DNA of 64,000 nucleotides from Mobula hypostoma (Eukaryota), in NCBI RefSeq assembly GCF_963921235.1, contig NC_086109.1, positions 21,454,001-21,518,000 of the forward strand. Reading direction: 5' to 3'. The notes beneath the pieces were generated by a model. It was not told where the DNA came from. It made no database searches and saw only the letters and a program-made list of their open reading frames with translations. How positions within the stretch are numbered: position 1 is the first letter of the stretch; each line of letters starts with the position of its first letter. Of the stretch, positions 11,386 through 22,954 are shown in pieces. A program made the translations under genes and the position numbers.

Positions 11386-13289
11386 ACTTGTTGGCAGAAA
11401 CACATTACAGTCTAACTGTGCCTTACAATGTTTAATTTGAGATGTAGATATTGATTGAATTTGCAAGCTAGTATTACAATTGTAGCAGGAAAGTGCTGAT
11501 GGCTTCATTAAGCTGGAAATGTTGATGCCCATTGACACTCTGTGATGAGTTAAAAGTGTACTGGGAGTGTTTGTGCAGGAGTCGTCCACTGATTAAACAA
11601 AATAATGAATGTGGCGATCAATACGGGTAAGATTCCAGGAAGAATCAGCTGGATGGGTGATCAGGCATATTCTTCCTGAATACCAGTTAGCCTGCCTCCA
11701 GCTTACAGACTGATTATGCGCTTAAAGAACGGAGGAAGATATTTTTCATTCCTCTTTAATTTACACACCATAACGAGAATTGTTTCCATTGTAATAAGGC
11801 TGTGAATCAGAGGATACAGACATAAGGCAAATGACAAAAGAACCAGGGATGACATGAAGAAGAGTATTTTCATGCAGCAAGTATACTTGATCTGGATTTA
11901 ACTGCCTGAATGGGTTGTAGAAGCAGATTCAATCATTGCTTTCAAAAGGAATTAAATTCTTGAGCAAGAAAAGAAAGCTCAAGAGAATAGAGATGTGGAC
12001 TGGGATTAACAGGAATTATTTTGCAGGGAGAAGACATTTACTCAATGGGCCAATGTCTTCCTTCTGTACGAATACTGTAACTTCAATATTGAATTAGAAC
12101 TCATTGCTAAAAAGAGAAAGAAGCAATGGCAAAGTAGCGTCAGATCATTCAGGAGTACAAAAGATGACATCACCAATGGTTCACCATCCCAAATATTATT
12201 TCTTTATCTGTCAGCACAAACACCACCTTCCCTATAATTGGTCTTCATCATTTCCAGACTTTTGATTTTGTTTTCTCCTTCATCCATAACACAACATTCA
12301 CCCAAACCTCACTATTTCTCAAACAATCTCTGACTCTACCATCCCCACCCAAATCGAAAAATCTATCTCTAACCAAAACTTTCCAAGTTGTTCAGCATTC
12401 ATTTGATAGTGAGAAACCTTAGGCTCTTTCCCTAAATTAACAGCATTGTTCAAATCCAGGTTGCTACTGATGACGACTTCAGGGTTGTTGGTTGAATGCA
12501 GAATGCCTAATGAATTCTCTCTTCCAACAAAGCTGCACCCCCGAGCCCTGTAGTAAGCTCAGAGCCTTTGGTAGATGTTTGAACCCTGAACTAACCAACG
12601 AGTTAGAATAGTACAAGAACTGAAATAAACTGACTGTTAGGGAACAAGCTCCTGGAGATTTCGCAGGAGATTCTCTTTCCAAGCATGGTATCAAGCTGCT
12701 TGAATGCCAATATTTGTACTGAATAATTTAAAAGCCTTCCTCTCCTGAGACAACACTCTACAGGAATATTTCATAGCCCCAAAGATAAGTCACAGATAGC
12801 TGTTGGATACCTATCAATACACACTTGCCTGGTGGATTTCCTAAACTGATGATGTTTAATACTTGCTTGAGGCAGCTTTCAGCATCATGATTGATGCCTT
12901 AATGTTCACAATTTGAAGTGGAAAGAAAATCTCGATTCCTAACTGATTATGGTTAACAAGAGGCACAGCTGTGTCAGATAAACCTGGAAGAGGAACATAT
13001 GCCATATTGCATTGCAAGAGTGTCTGCTGCACCTTGTTATACAGTCTTTAGTGACTGTTCTGGTACATCAGATTAGTAAGTGATTCACATATGGAGCTCA
13101 GTCACATTAGCAATCATTGATTGTCCTATTGGTTCGCGTCTTCTGTGACTGTCTTCTGAATTAATAATGAGCACAAGACTGCAGGGTGCTAGACTTGTAC
13201 AGGGGATCTCCACCTTTTTGATCAGATAAATAGTGTTTGAATGAGGGTGAGGAGAAATGGACCCTCAAGACATTAGAAAAAGGCAGATT

Positions 13290-13815
13290 TGATATGCCAT
13301 CAAAGACTCCAGCAAATTCCTGCAGGTAGACCGTGGAGAGCATTTTAACTGATTGCATCACTTTCTGGTATGGAGGAGCCACCTTACAGGACTGGAATAA
13401 GTTGCAGAGGGTTGCAAACACAGCCAGCTCCATCATGGGCACTGGACTCTCCATCATTCAGGACATCTTCAAAAGGTGAGCCCTCAAAAAGGCAGCATCC
13501 ATCATTTAAGGACCCCCACCACTAAGACATGCCCTCTTCTCATTACTACCATCAGGGAGGAGATGAAGCAGCCTGAAGACGTGCACTCAACGTTTCAGGA
13601 ATAGCTTCTTCCCCTCTGCCATCAGATTTCTGAACGGACAATGTACCAACCCATGAACACCAACTTCCTCACTATCTTTGCTCTCTTTTTGTACTACTTA
13701 TTTAATATATTGTATATTTCTTATTATAATATTTTTATGCATTGCACTGTACTTCTGTCATAAAACAACAAGTTTCATGACACATGTCAGTGATATTAAA
13801 CTTGATTCTGATTGT
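13290..13815 (+). mobile_element. Rex1-like LINE 3' part
   Basis: Encodes VESILTDCITFWYG...LPSGRR; ends ATTAAACTTGATTCTGATT. Confidence 0.8.
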
Positions 13816-13879
13816 GATGTGGGAGAGGAGTTCGGCATCTAGGCTGATAGAGGGCATGCAGAGAGAGGCTTTAAATACT

Positions 13880-14280
13880 GGAGATGGCAGGCTTCATAGC
13901 GAAGCAAGTGTTAATGGAGGTGACAGATTTGATGGACTGGATTAACAAGATTAGCAATTTTGATGGGCAGTATTCATTACCAGAGGTGACGTATTCATTG
14001 GCTAATGGTAGTGAAGGTGTCAAATTTGATGGCTAGTGTTAGTTACCAAGTTAGCAGATTCAATGAACGGTAATAATTAACGGAGATGGCACATTTCATT
14101 TGATAATGTTAGTGGATCTGATAGATTTGATGAGCAATAGTTAGGGTTAGCAGATTTGGTAACCACTATTAATAAGCAGAATTGGCCTATTTGATTGTAT
14201 ATTACTTAGTAGGTATGACAAATTCAGTGGGTGGTATGAGTAGAGATGGCAAAGTTAACAGGTAATGTAATGGTGCATGC
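13880..14280. repeat. Degenerate ~30-35 bp tandem repeat (~12 units)
   Basis: Recurrent motif GAGRTGRCAGATTTGATGG / GTTAGCAGATT with approximate three-unit periodicity. Confidence 0.55.
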
Positions 14281-15210
14281 AGATGACATGAAGATCGGAG
14301 CAGATAACACAAAGACTGGTGGTGTCATAGATAACGTAGGCTGTTGTAAGTTATAACCGGATATGGATAGGATGCAGAGCTAGGATGAGAGGTAGCAGAT
14401 GGAGATCAATCCAGAGAAGTGTGAAGTGATTCACTTTGGAAGGTCAAACTTGAAGGGAGAGAACAGGTTTATTGGCCAGATTCTCAGCAGAGTGAAGGAT
14501 CAGAAGGATCCTGGGGCCCACGTGCATATATCCCTCAAAGTCAGCACACAAGTTGCTAGGGTGGGTAACAAAGTATATGTTGCGTTGGCTTTCATCGGTC
14601 AGGGGACTGAATTCCAGGACCAAGAGGTAATGTTGTAGCTCATTAAAACTCTGGTTAGATTACACTTGGAGTACTGTGTTCAGTTCTGGTCATTTCATTA
14701 CAAGAAGGATGAGGAAGCTTTAGACAGGGTGCAGAAGGGATTATCAGGATGCTGCCTGGATTAGAGAAGATGACTTATGAGGGAGGTTTGAGTGAGCGAG
14801 GCCTTTTCCCTTTGGGGCGAAGGAGGATGAGAGGTGACCTGATATAGATATATAAGATGATTGAGAGGCATGGGCAGAGTGGACAGCCAGCAATTTTTTC
14901 CCAGGATGGAGATGGCTAATATGTGAGGGCACAATTTTAAGGTGATTGGAGGAAAGTATAGGCGGATGTTTATGTTAATTTTTTTTTTAAACACAGAGAG
15001 TGATAAGTGTGTGGAACGTGCTACCAGGGGTGGTAGTATAGTCAGATACATTAGGGGCATTTAAGAGGCTCTTAGACAGGAACATGGATAAGTGTAAAAT
15101 TGAGGGTTATGTGGGAAGGAAGTGTTGGAGTAGGTTAAAAGATCAGCACAAGATCTTGGGCTGAAGCGCCTATACTGTGCTGCACTCTCCTACGTCCAAT
15201 CCCTTATGTT
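14280..15210 (+). mobile_element. 5'-truncated degraded CR1
   Basis: Begins at the ADDTK motif; ORF 14399..14638 MEINPEKCEVIHFGRSN...; followed by a CR1 3'UTR. Confidence 0.85.
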
Positions 15211-16029
15211 CCTAGAAGGGGAGACTGCAGATTCAGCAGTTAGCATTGTAGAGCAGAAGAGGCACATATCTTGGTTACAGACTTATAAGACTTGTACACA
15301 CTCTAAAAATTTAACCATTTTCTGAAGTTAGAACATTGGGAGAAGCTGCCGTTTAATCCTCAATAAGATGGACTCATGACCTCATAATCTACATCAATTT
15401 ATTGTTGACCAGCAATGCACTTTCTCTGTAGATATTCATTTTATTCTGCATTGTTGTTGTTTCATCTTAATGCACTATGTAATCATTTTGATCTATGTGA
15501 ACAGTATGCAAGACAAGCATTTCACTGTATCTTGGTACATGTGACAATTAATAAACCAATATCAATTTAAATACCAATTAGGACTAAATGGGACTCTGAC
15601 AATGTCTATGCAAGATCAATTTATCCCAAATATTATCTCAAAGTTTGGAAGTAGGGTGATAAAAATTGGGATACACTATTGATTTTTACCCACCTCCTAT
15701 TGCTAGTGTTCTTGTGACATTTTATGATACTTCAATGCCGCACTAAAGATGACTTCTGGGTCCAGATGACATGCAACATCATCTGCCCATTTCCTTCCAC
15801 AGATACTGCCCAACCCATTGAGTTCCTCCAGCACTTTCAGCATTTGTAATCTCTTGTATATCTAGATGAGCTTTGGGAATTCAACAATGGAATGCTTTGG
15901 TTGTCAGTGAATTTTTTATGTTTTTATGGAGGCAATAGAAAAAAATCCTCATGGAGTTATGCTGATTTCCCAACCCTTCACTTTGCCCCTGACTAAGGGG
16001 TAGCTCATTACTGAGACAAATGTACACTA

Positions 16030-18535
16030 TGCAGAGAGATAGCAGGCAACTGCAGGAAACATAAATTTGTGGTGGTAGGGAATTTTAAATTTTCCATATA
16101 TTGATCGGGTCTCCCATACTGTTAGGGGTCTAGATGGTTTAGAGTTTGTAAAATGTGTTCAGGAAAGTTTTCTAAATCAATATATAGAGGGACCAACTAG
16201 AGGGGATGCAATATTGGATCTCCTGTTAGGAAACGAGTTAGGACAACTGACAGAAGTCTGTGTAGGGGAGCACTTTGGTTCCAGTGATCATAACACCATT
16301 AGTTTCAACTTGATCATGGACAAGGATAGATCTGGTCCTAGGGTTGAGGTTCTTAACTGGAAGAAGGCCAAATTTGAAGAAATGAGAAAGGATCTAAAAA
16401 GCGTGGATTGTTCCCTGGCAAGGATGTGATCGGTAGGTGGGAAGCCTTCAAAGCAGAAATTTTGAGAGTGCAGAATTTGTATGTTCCTGTCAGGATTAAA
16501 GGCAAGGTGAATAGGAATAAGGAACCTTGGTTCTCAAGGGATATTGCAACTCTGATAAAGAAGAAGAGGGAGTTGTATGACGTGTATAGGAAGCAGGGAG
16601 TAAATAAGGTGCTTGAGGAGTATAAGAAGTGCAAGAAAATACTTAAGAAAGAAATCAGGAGGGCTAAAAGAAGACATGAGGTTGCCTTGGCAGTCAAAAT
16701 GAAGGATAATCCAAAGAGCTTTTACAGGTATATTAAGAGCAAAAGGATTGTAAGGGATAAAATTGGTCCTCTTGAAAATCAGAGTGGTCGGCTATGTGTG
16801 GAACCAAAGGAAATGGGGGAGATCTTAAATAGGTTTTTTGCGTCTGTGTTTATTAAGGAAACTGGCATGAAGTCTATGGAATTAAGGGAAACAAGTAATG
16901 AGATCATGGAAACTGTACAGATCGAAAAGGAGGAGGTCCTTGCTGTCTTGAGGAAAATTAAAGTGGATAAATCCCCAGGACCTGACAGGGTGTTCCCTCA
17001 GACCTTGAAGGAGACTAGTGTTGAAATTGCAGGGGCCCTGGCTGAAATATTTAAAATGTCGCTGTCTACAGGTGAGGTGCCGGAGGATTGGAGAGTGGCT
17101 CATGTTGTTCCGTTGTTTAAAAAAGGATCGAAAAGTAATCCGGGAAATTATAGGCCAGTAAATTTAACGTCGGTAGTAGGTAAGTTATTGGAGGGAGTAC
17201 TAAGAGACAGAATCTACAAGCATTTGGATAGACTGGGACTTATTAGGGAGAGTTAACATGGCTTTGTGCGTGGTAGGTCATGTTTGACCAATCTGTTGGA
17301 GTTTTTCGAGGAGGTTACCAGGAAAGTGGATGAAGGGAAGGCAGTGGATATTGTCTACATGGACTTCAGTAAGGCCTTTGACAAGGTCCCGCATGGGAGG
17401 TTAGTTAGGAAAATTCAGTCGCTAGGTATACATGGGGAGGTGGTAAATTGGATTAGACATTGGCTCAATAGAAGAAGCCAGAGAGTGGTGGTAGAGAATT
17501 GCTTCTCTGAGTGGAGGCCTGTGACTAGTGGTGTGCCACAGGGATCAGTGCTGGGTCCATTGTTATTTGTCATCTATATCAATGATCTGGATGATAATGT
17601 GGTAAATTGGATCAGCAAGTTTGCTGATGATACAAAGATTGGAGGTGTAGTAGACAGTGAGGAAGGTTTTCAGAGCCTGCAGAGGGACTTGGACCAGCTG
17701 GAAAAATGGGCTGAAAAATGGCAGATGGAGTTTAATACTGACAAGTGTGAGGTATTGCACGTTGGAAGGACAAACCAACGTAGAACATACAGGGTTAATG
17801 GTAAGGCACTGAGGAGTGCAGTGGAACAGAGGGATCTGGGAATACAGATACAAAATTCCCTAAAAGTGATGTCACAGGTAGATAGGGTCGTAAAGAGAGC
17901 TTTTGGTACATTGGCCTTTATTAATCGAAGTATTGAGTATAAGAGCTGGAATGTTATGATGAGGTTGTATAAGGCATTGGTGAGGCCGAATCTGGAGTAT
18001 TGTGTTCAGTCTTGGTCACCAAATTACAGGAAGGATATAAATAAGGTTGAAAGAGTGCAGAGAAGGTTTACAAGGATGTTGCCGGGACTTGAGAAACTCA
18101 GTTACAGAGAAAGGTTGAATAGGTTGGGACTTTGTTCCCTGGAGCGTAGAAGAATGAGGGGAGACTTGATAGAGGTATATAAAATTATGATGGGTATAGA
18201 TAGAGTGAATGCAAGCAGGCTTTTTCCACTGAGGCAAGGGGAGAAAAAAACCAGAGGACATGGGTTTAGGGTGAGGGGGGAAAAATTTAAAGGGAACATT
18301 AGCGGGGGCTTCTTCACACAGAGAGTGGTGGGAGTATGGAATGAGCTGCCAGACGAGGTGGTAAATGCGGGTTCTTTTTTAACATTTAAGAATAAATTGG
18401 ACAGATACATGGATGGGAGGTGTATGGAGGGATATGGTCCTTGTGCAGGTCAGTGAGACTAGGCAGAAAGTGGTTTGGCACAGCCAAGAAGGGCCAAAAG
18501 GCCTGTTTCTGTGCTGTAGTTTGTATGGTTTCTAT
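16030..18535 (+). mobile_element. Young 5'-truncated CR1 LINE (ORF2: partial APE plus RT), disabled
   Basis: ORFs 16214..16429, 16408..17256 and 17266..18456; ~10 bp deletion near 16408 relative to the 48722 copy; CAA>TAA stop at 17254; TTTCTAT tail. Confidence 0.95.
17266..18456 (+). CDS. CR1 reverse transcriptase domain (uninterrupted part of disrupted ORF2)
   Basis: Motifs [31 protein letters not shown] and RRRMRGDLIEVYK. Confidence 0.9.
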   Translation: MRGRSCLTNLLEFFEEVTRKVDEGKAVDIVYMDFSKAFDKVPHGRLVRKIQSLGIHGEVVNWIRHWLNRRSQRVVVENCFSEWRPVTSGVPQGSVLGPLLFVIYINDLDDNVVNWISKFADDTKIGGVVDSEEGFQSLQRDLDQLEKWAEKWQMEFNTDKCEVLHVGRTNQRRTYRVNGKALRSAVEQRDLGIQIQNSLKVMSQVDRVVKRAFGTLAFINRSIEYKSWNVMMRLYKALVRPNLEYCVQSWSPNYRKDINKVERVQRRFTRMLPGLEKLSYRERLNRLGLCSLERRRMRGDLIEVYKIMMGIDRVNASRLFPLRQGEKKTRGHGFRVRGEKFKGNISGGFFTQRVVGVWNELPDEVVNAGSFLTFKNKLDRYMDGRCMEGYGPCAGQ

Positions 18536-20514
18536 ATCCTGTATTTGTCTCTGCAATCTTAGTAACAGGAGTGTGAGAGCGCTGTCCTACCCAAAATGTC
18601 CTTATTCAGGAAAATCTTTAAAGGTTTTACCTCACCTCCCAGGCATTATTTTGAAGAAAGATGGAGTAACCTTCTCCCGGGTAGCCTGAGGTCAATATTA
18701 TCCTTCAACTAACAACATAAACAATCAGATTAAAAGTCTGTTTCTTTCTCATTCTCTGTGGGACTTAAGCAATGATTGCCCTTCTAAAAGTGCCCAACTG
18801 ACTAAGTCTTCTTAAGTAATCTTGTGGTTGTGAAAAGGCTATCCAAATGCAAGGCTTTCCTTCTCATCGTTTGCTTTGCCTTTCCCTCCCCGTTTCCCCC
18901 TCAAGCAGCAGATTTAATGACTACTCTGAAACAGCGAAAGTGAACTCCCTCCGGGGACCTTACCACTGCGCTCATGTGTCTGACATGTGTTTGTGGAAAG
19001 ATGCAAATAACTCAGGAAATGGATTCCAAGTCCTTGGTGGTTTTGTGACTTACCACATTTTGTATATTTTAGTTTTGATTAAGATGATAGTAATGTTTCT
19101 GTATATAACAGGGTCCATGGATTGAACATCATGCACACCAAGTTTCAGGAAGGCTTGGACCAGAATGTTCATGCATATTGCTACATTACTGTATCAAACA
19201 GTACCTTGATGTAGAAGAGTGTCTCTTTAAATACGGTACTCTTTTTTCCAGTTCAGGGCTCTTCAAAGGCTCTTCTGATGTACTTCTCAGAGCATTTCAA
19301 GGCTTTTTATTCAACCTTGTATCCATTGGCATTTGCTTTGCTGAGATAACCACCTGTAATTCAACCATCTGTTGACTGTAGTGTGTTCATCACACTTCAG
19401 GGAGTACTGCTGATCAAGGCCGATGTTTCCAATTACAATACCGAGGGATTGTTGCAATGTTGAAGATGCCATCGTTTTAATGAGATGATAGATCTTTAAT
19501 CCTATGATACTCTTCAAAGAAAAGCAGAGAAGATTTGTTTTGGAATTGTGCCCTCTATTGATAAGGGATGAGAGGCTGAAGTTTCTCCACCTGCCTACTG
19601 TTCAGTGAATTGTCATGGATACTTTATACGTGAGGATATGGAGTGAAGAAATCTGATTTTCCTCTCCCATTACAATAGATGTGGGAAGAGGAGTAAAAAC
19701 ATTGAAAATAGACATGGAAATTCCATCTCCATGCCCATGACTGGACACTTGCTGTAAATTACCTTTCACAGCTTTAAGACTCCACAAAGTACTTTACTCC
19801 CAGAGATCCAGTACTGGAAATCCAGTACTTTTGGGAAATGTTGCAGCCACAACAAGCTCACAATAAGCTTACAAAAGCTTCAATGACTAGAATTATTTCA
19901 AGGGGGTAGGTATTATCTTATGATAATAGAAATCAATGCCGTGGAATTTCCTATGTCCATTTGAGAGGGCGGGTAGCTGTTAGATTTACCTGCCATCCAC
20001 CTCTGCCTGTGTAATACTCCCCTGCTCTCCACACCCATTCTGCAATGGGATTATTAGCCAGAAACTTGTGCTAACGTCTCTGAAGTGATGCTGCTGATAT
20101 GTTGATTTCTAATATGTTGAAGGTTTCAGGGGATTGTTAAGAATGAGGTATCTCCACATTTGCTCAATTAGAACTGAGTGTTCAGTGATATTGTACATTG
20201 TGTGTGTGTTGCTCTTAATGGTTTTCAGGGAGATCGGTGATAATTAAGTGTGGCAGAACTGAACATGATAATGAAATACATTCAGCTGACTGCTTGCCAA
20301 ACAAGGCACTCCCTGTGAATCTTTCTCTTTTGTTTTGAAAGCTGTGTGAAGGGTAAGCATCCAACAGTTATTCATCCTGATGAGGAAAAAGTATCTAAAG
20401 ATAATCGAAAGAGTCAAAGGAGATCCACAATTCAAGAATAGACTAATTACATGAGAATAAGTAGTTAAAATGGCGTTGTACCTTAATTCAGTATATTGAA
20501 CATAAACGTACAAC

Positions 20515-20790
20515 GTGGGGTGGGGTGTAGTGGTTAGCACAACGCTTTACAGTACCAACGATCCAGGGTCAATTCCCGCCATTGCTTGTAAGGAGTTTAT
20601 ACGTTCACTCCATGACCATGTGGGTTTCCTCCAGGTGCTCTGGTTTCCTCCCACAGTCCAAAGATGTAACTATTAATAGGTTAATTGGTCATTATAAATT
20701 GTCCCATGATTAGGCTAGGATTAATTAGGTGATTGCTGGGCAGTGTGGCTCAAAGGCCTGGAAGGGCCTACTGTATGTCAATCAAAAAGA
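20515..20790 (+). mobile_element. V-SINE / HE1-like SINE with tRNA-like head
   Basis: A-box-like TAGTGGTTAGC, B-box-like GGTCAATTCCC, then the V-domain. Confidence 0.8.
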
Positions 20791-21264
20791 TGATTAAAAA
20801 ACATTTTTTTAAAGATTAAAGATATAATTTGTCACATACATCAAAACATACAGTAAAATGTGTTGCTTGTGCCAAATGAAATCAGTGAGGATTGTACTGG
20901 GCAGCCTACAAGTCAGTTGGTTCTGGAAGAAATATTGAGGAAGGACATCAAAGAATTCTGGTGCTTTGTACAAGGTCCAATTAGCTTTTTTCTTAGTCTG
21001 GTGATTGAGATACGGCCCAACATTTGGAACTCCTGGCCATGTGATAATTACTCAATGTGCAGAGCTACCAGCTGACTATTCTGGTACAGTAGACGGCCCC
21101 TTTGCCTACCGTGAGTCTGCTTTTCCCTTTGCCTGTGGCCACCAAGAGCCTAGCTATTTTGATGTTGAAATTTTCAATAGAACCACGGGCCTCTGCTGTT
21201 GCTGAGATAAAGTAATGGATTTTCATAACAGTTGGTCTAAAGAAGTACATCGAGTGCATCAAAG

Positions 21265-21962
21265 AGGGCATAATTTAAGGTGATTGGAGGAAAGTATCGA
21301 GGAGATGTCAGAGCTAAGTTCTTTACAAAGAGGGTGATGGGTGTTTGGAACACCCTGCAAGGGGTGGTGGTGGAGGCAGGTACATTAGAGACATTTGAAA
21401 AGGTCTTAGATGGATGATAGAAAAATGGATGGTTATGTAGGGGGGAAGGGTTAGATTGACCTTAAAGTAGGTTAAGAGGTCAGCATGACATCGTGGCCTC
21501 CAAAAGGACCACAACCTTGTCATGGTTTGGAGGATTGCGTGCCTCAATGACCTGGAGAGCTATGTAGGCTGGAATCAGGGCTTTGTGCTTTGGTTCTTGG
21601 TAGGGTCGACCATTCCAAACAGGTCAAAGGGTAGAAGCCAGGCTAAGAGTGGTCTACCAGTTCTCCAAGTTTGGGGGCTCAGCTCAAGTCTAACAACCCC
21701 GGTAAAACAAAACTGTTACAGGAACAGCAATGAATACTTATACATCTGAGTGTGATAGTATTCCTGAATCTCCACCCAAAACTTGCATGCCTGACAGTAG
21801 TGAAACTGAGCTACTGATATGAGGAAGGAAGCCCTGAACGTCACCAGAGATGGAGGACCTTCATTCCTACCCTAAGTACCAGCAATGTAATAAGCAGTAA
21901 GTAAGTACATCGTGGGCTGAAGGGTCTGTACTGTGATGCAATGTCCTATGTTCAATGTTCTA
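21265..21962 (+). mobile_element. CR1 3' end interrupted by an RTE-derived element
   Basis: Homologous to 14925-15210; resumes at 21907 and ends CTATGTTCAATGTTCTA. Confidence 0.8.
21497..21906 (+). mobile_element. Bipartite non-autonomous RTE-derived element
   Basis: RTE-like 5'UTR (CCTTGTCATGG...CTCAATGACC..GAGCTATG, GGTAGGGTC) joined to an RTE-like 3' end with (GTAA)n tail; 9 bp TSD ACATCGTGG at 21488-21496 / 21907-21915. Confidence 0.75.
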
Positions 21963-22375
21963 AGGGATAGTGGAAATCTGGACCTCACTCCTTTCCAAAA
22001 TTAATCTTTTCCAGTGAGTGACCTCTTTCTCTTTACTACAATGTTGCTCCTCATTGCTCTGATCCACCCTGCTCCCTTTGTCCAGATCAACAACGTTGAG
22101 TAGTTGAATGATCTAAACTTTGCTCCACTCCTACTTCAGTGAGCACATCTCCACTCCCCACCCCACCCAATCCCCTGGCTTTGTTATCACTTTTTATGTG
22201 GGGTGAATCTTGGCTTGCCCTTTCCAATTGGACACTTTCCTAAAGGTTTCCTCACTTTCATCTGCCTCTGCTGTTATGCTCCCACCACTTTTAGCTGCAG
22301 TTCCAAAGAAAATAAACAGGATCTAAATTATCCAATTGAATAGGATTTATCTACTATCTTTTTCAATATTATTTA

Positions 22376-22954
22376 CACAGTGGCCACTTTATTAGGTACA
22401 CCTGTATACCCGCTCCTTCATGCAATATCTAATCAGACAATTGTGTGGTAGCAACTCAATGCATTAAAGCATGCGGACATGGTCCAGAGGTTCAGTTGTT
22501 GTTCAGACCAAACATCAGAATGGGAAAGAAATGTGAGTTAAGTGACTTTTTTCTGTGGAATGATTGCTGGTGCAGAGAGGGTGGTTTGAGTATTTCAGAA
22601 ACTGCTGATCAACAGTGATTTTCACACACAGCAATTTCCAGAGTGTACAGAATATGGTGCAAAAAAATGAAAAAAAAATCCAGTGAGCAGCAGTTCTGTT
22701 GTAAAAATGCCTTGCTAATGAGAGAGGTCGTAGGAGAGTAGGCAGGATATTTACAGAATAGTTCGTGCTGACAGGAAGGCGACAGTAACTCAAATAACCA
22801 TGTGTTACAACAGTGGTGTGTAGAAGAGCATCTTTGAACATACATCATATCAAACCTTGAAGTGGATGGCCTACAGCAGCAGAAGATTATGAACATACAC
22901 TCAGTGGCCACTACATTAGGTACAGGAGGTATCTAATAAACTGGCCACCGAGTG
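22376..22954 (+). mobile_element. Internally deleted Tc1-like transposon
   Basis: TA flanks; TIR CAGTGGCCACTTT(T)ATTAGGTAC; transposase N-terminus remnant (MGKKC.LSDF...GLSISETA). Confidence 0.85.

Noticed and set aside
18640..20100. DeuSINE/AmnSINE-like remnants
   Set aside because: There is some resemblance at 18680-18790 and 19820-20090, but it is too degraded to set boundaries by eye.
20997..21115. Candidate exon (TAG acceptor, GTGAGT donor; ORF 21005..21205)
   Set aside because: All three frames from the acceptor hit a stop and the peptide is not recognisable.
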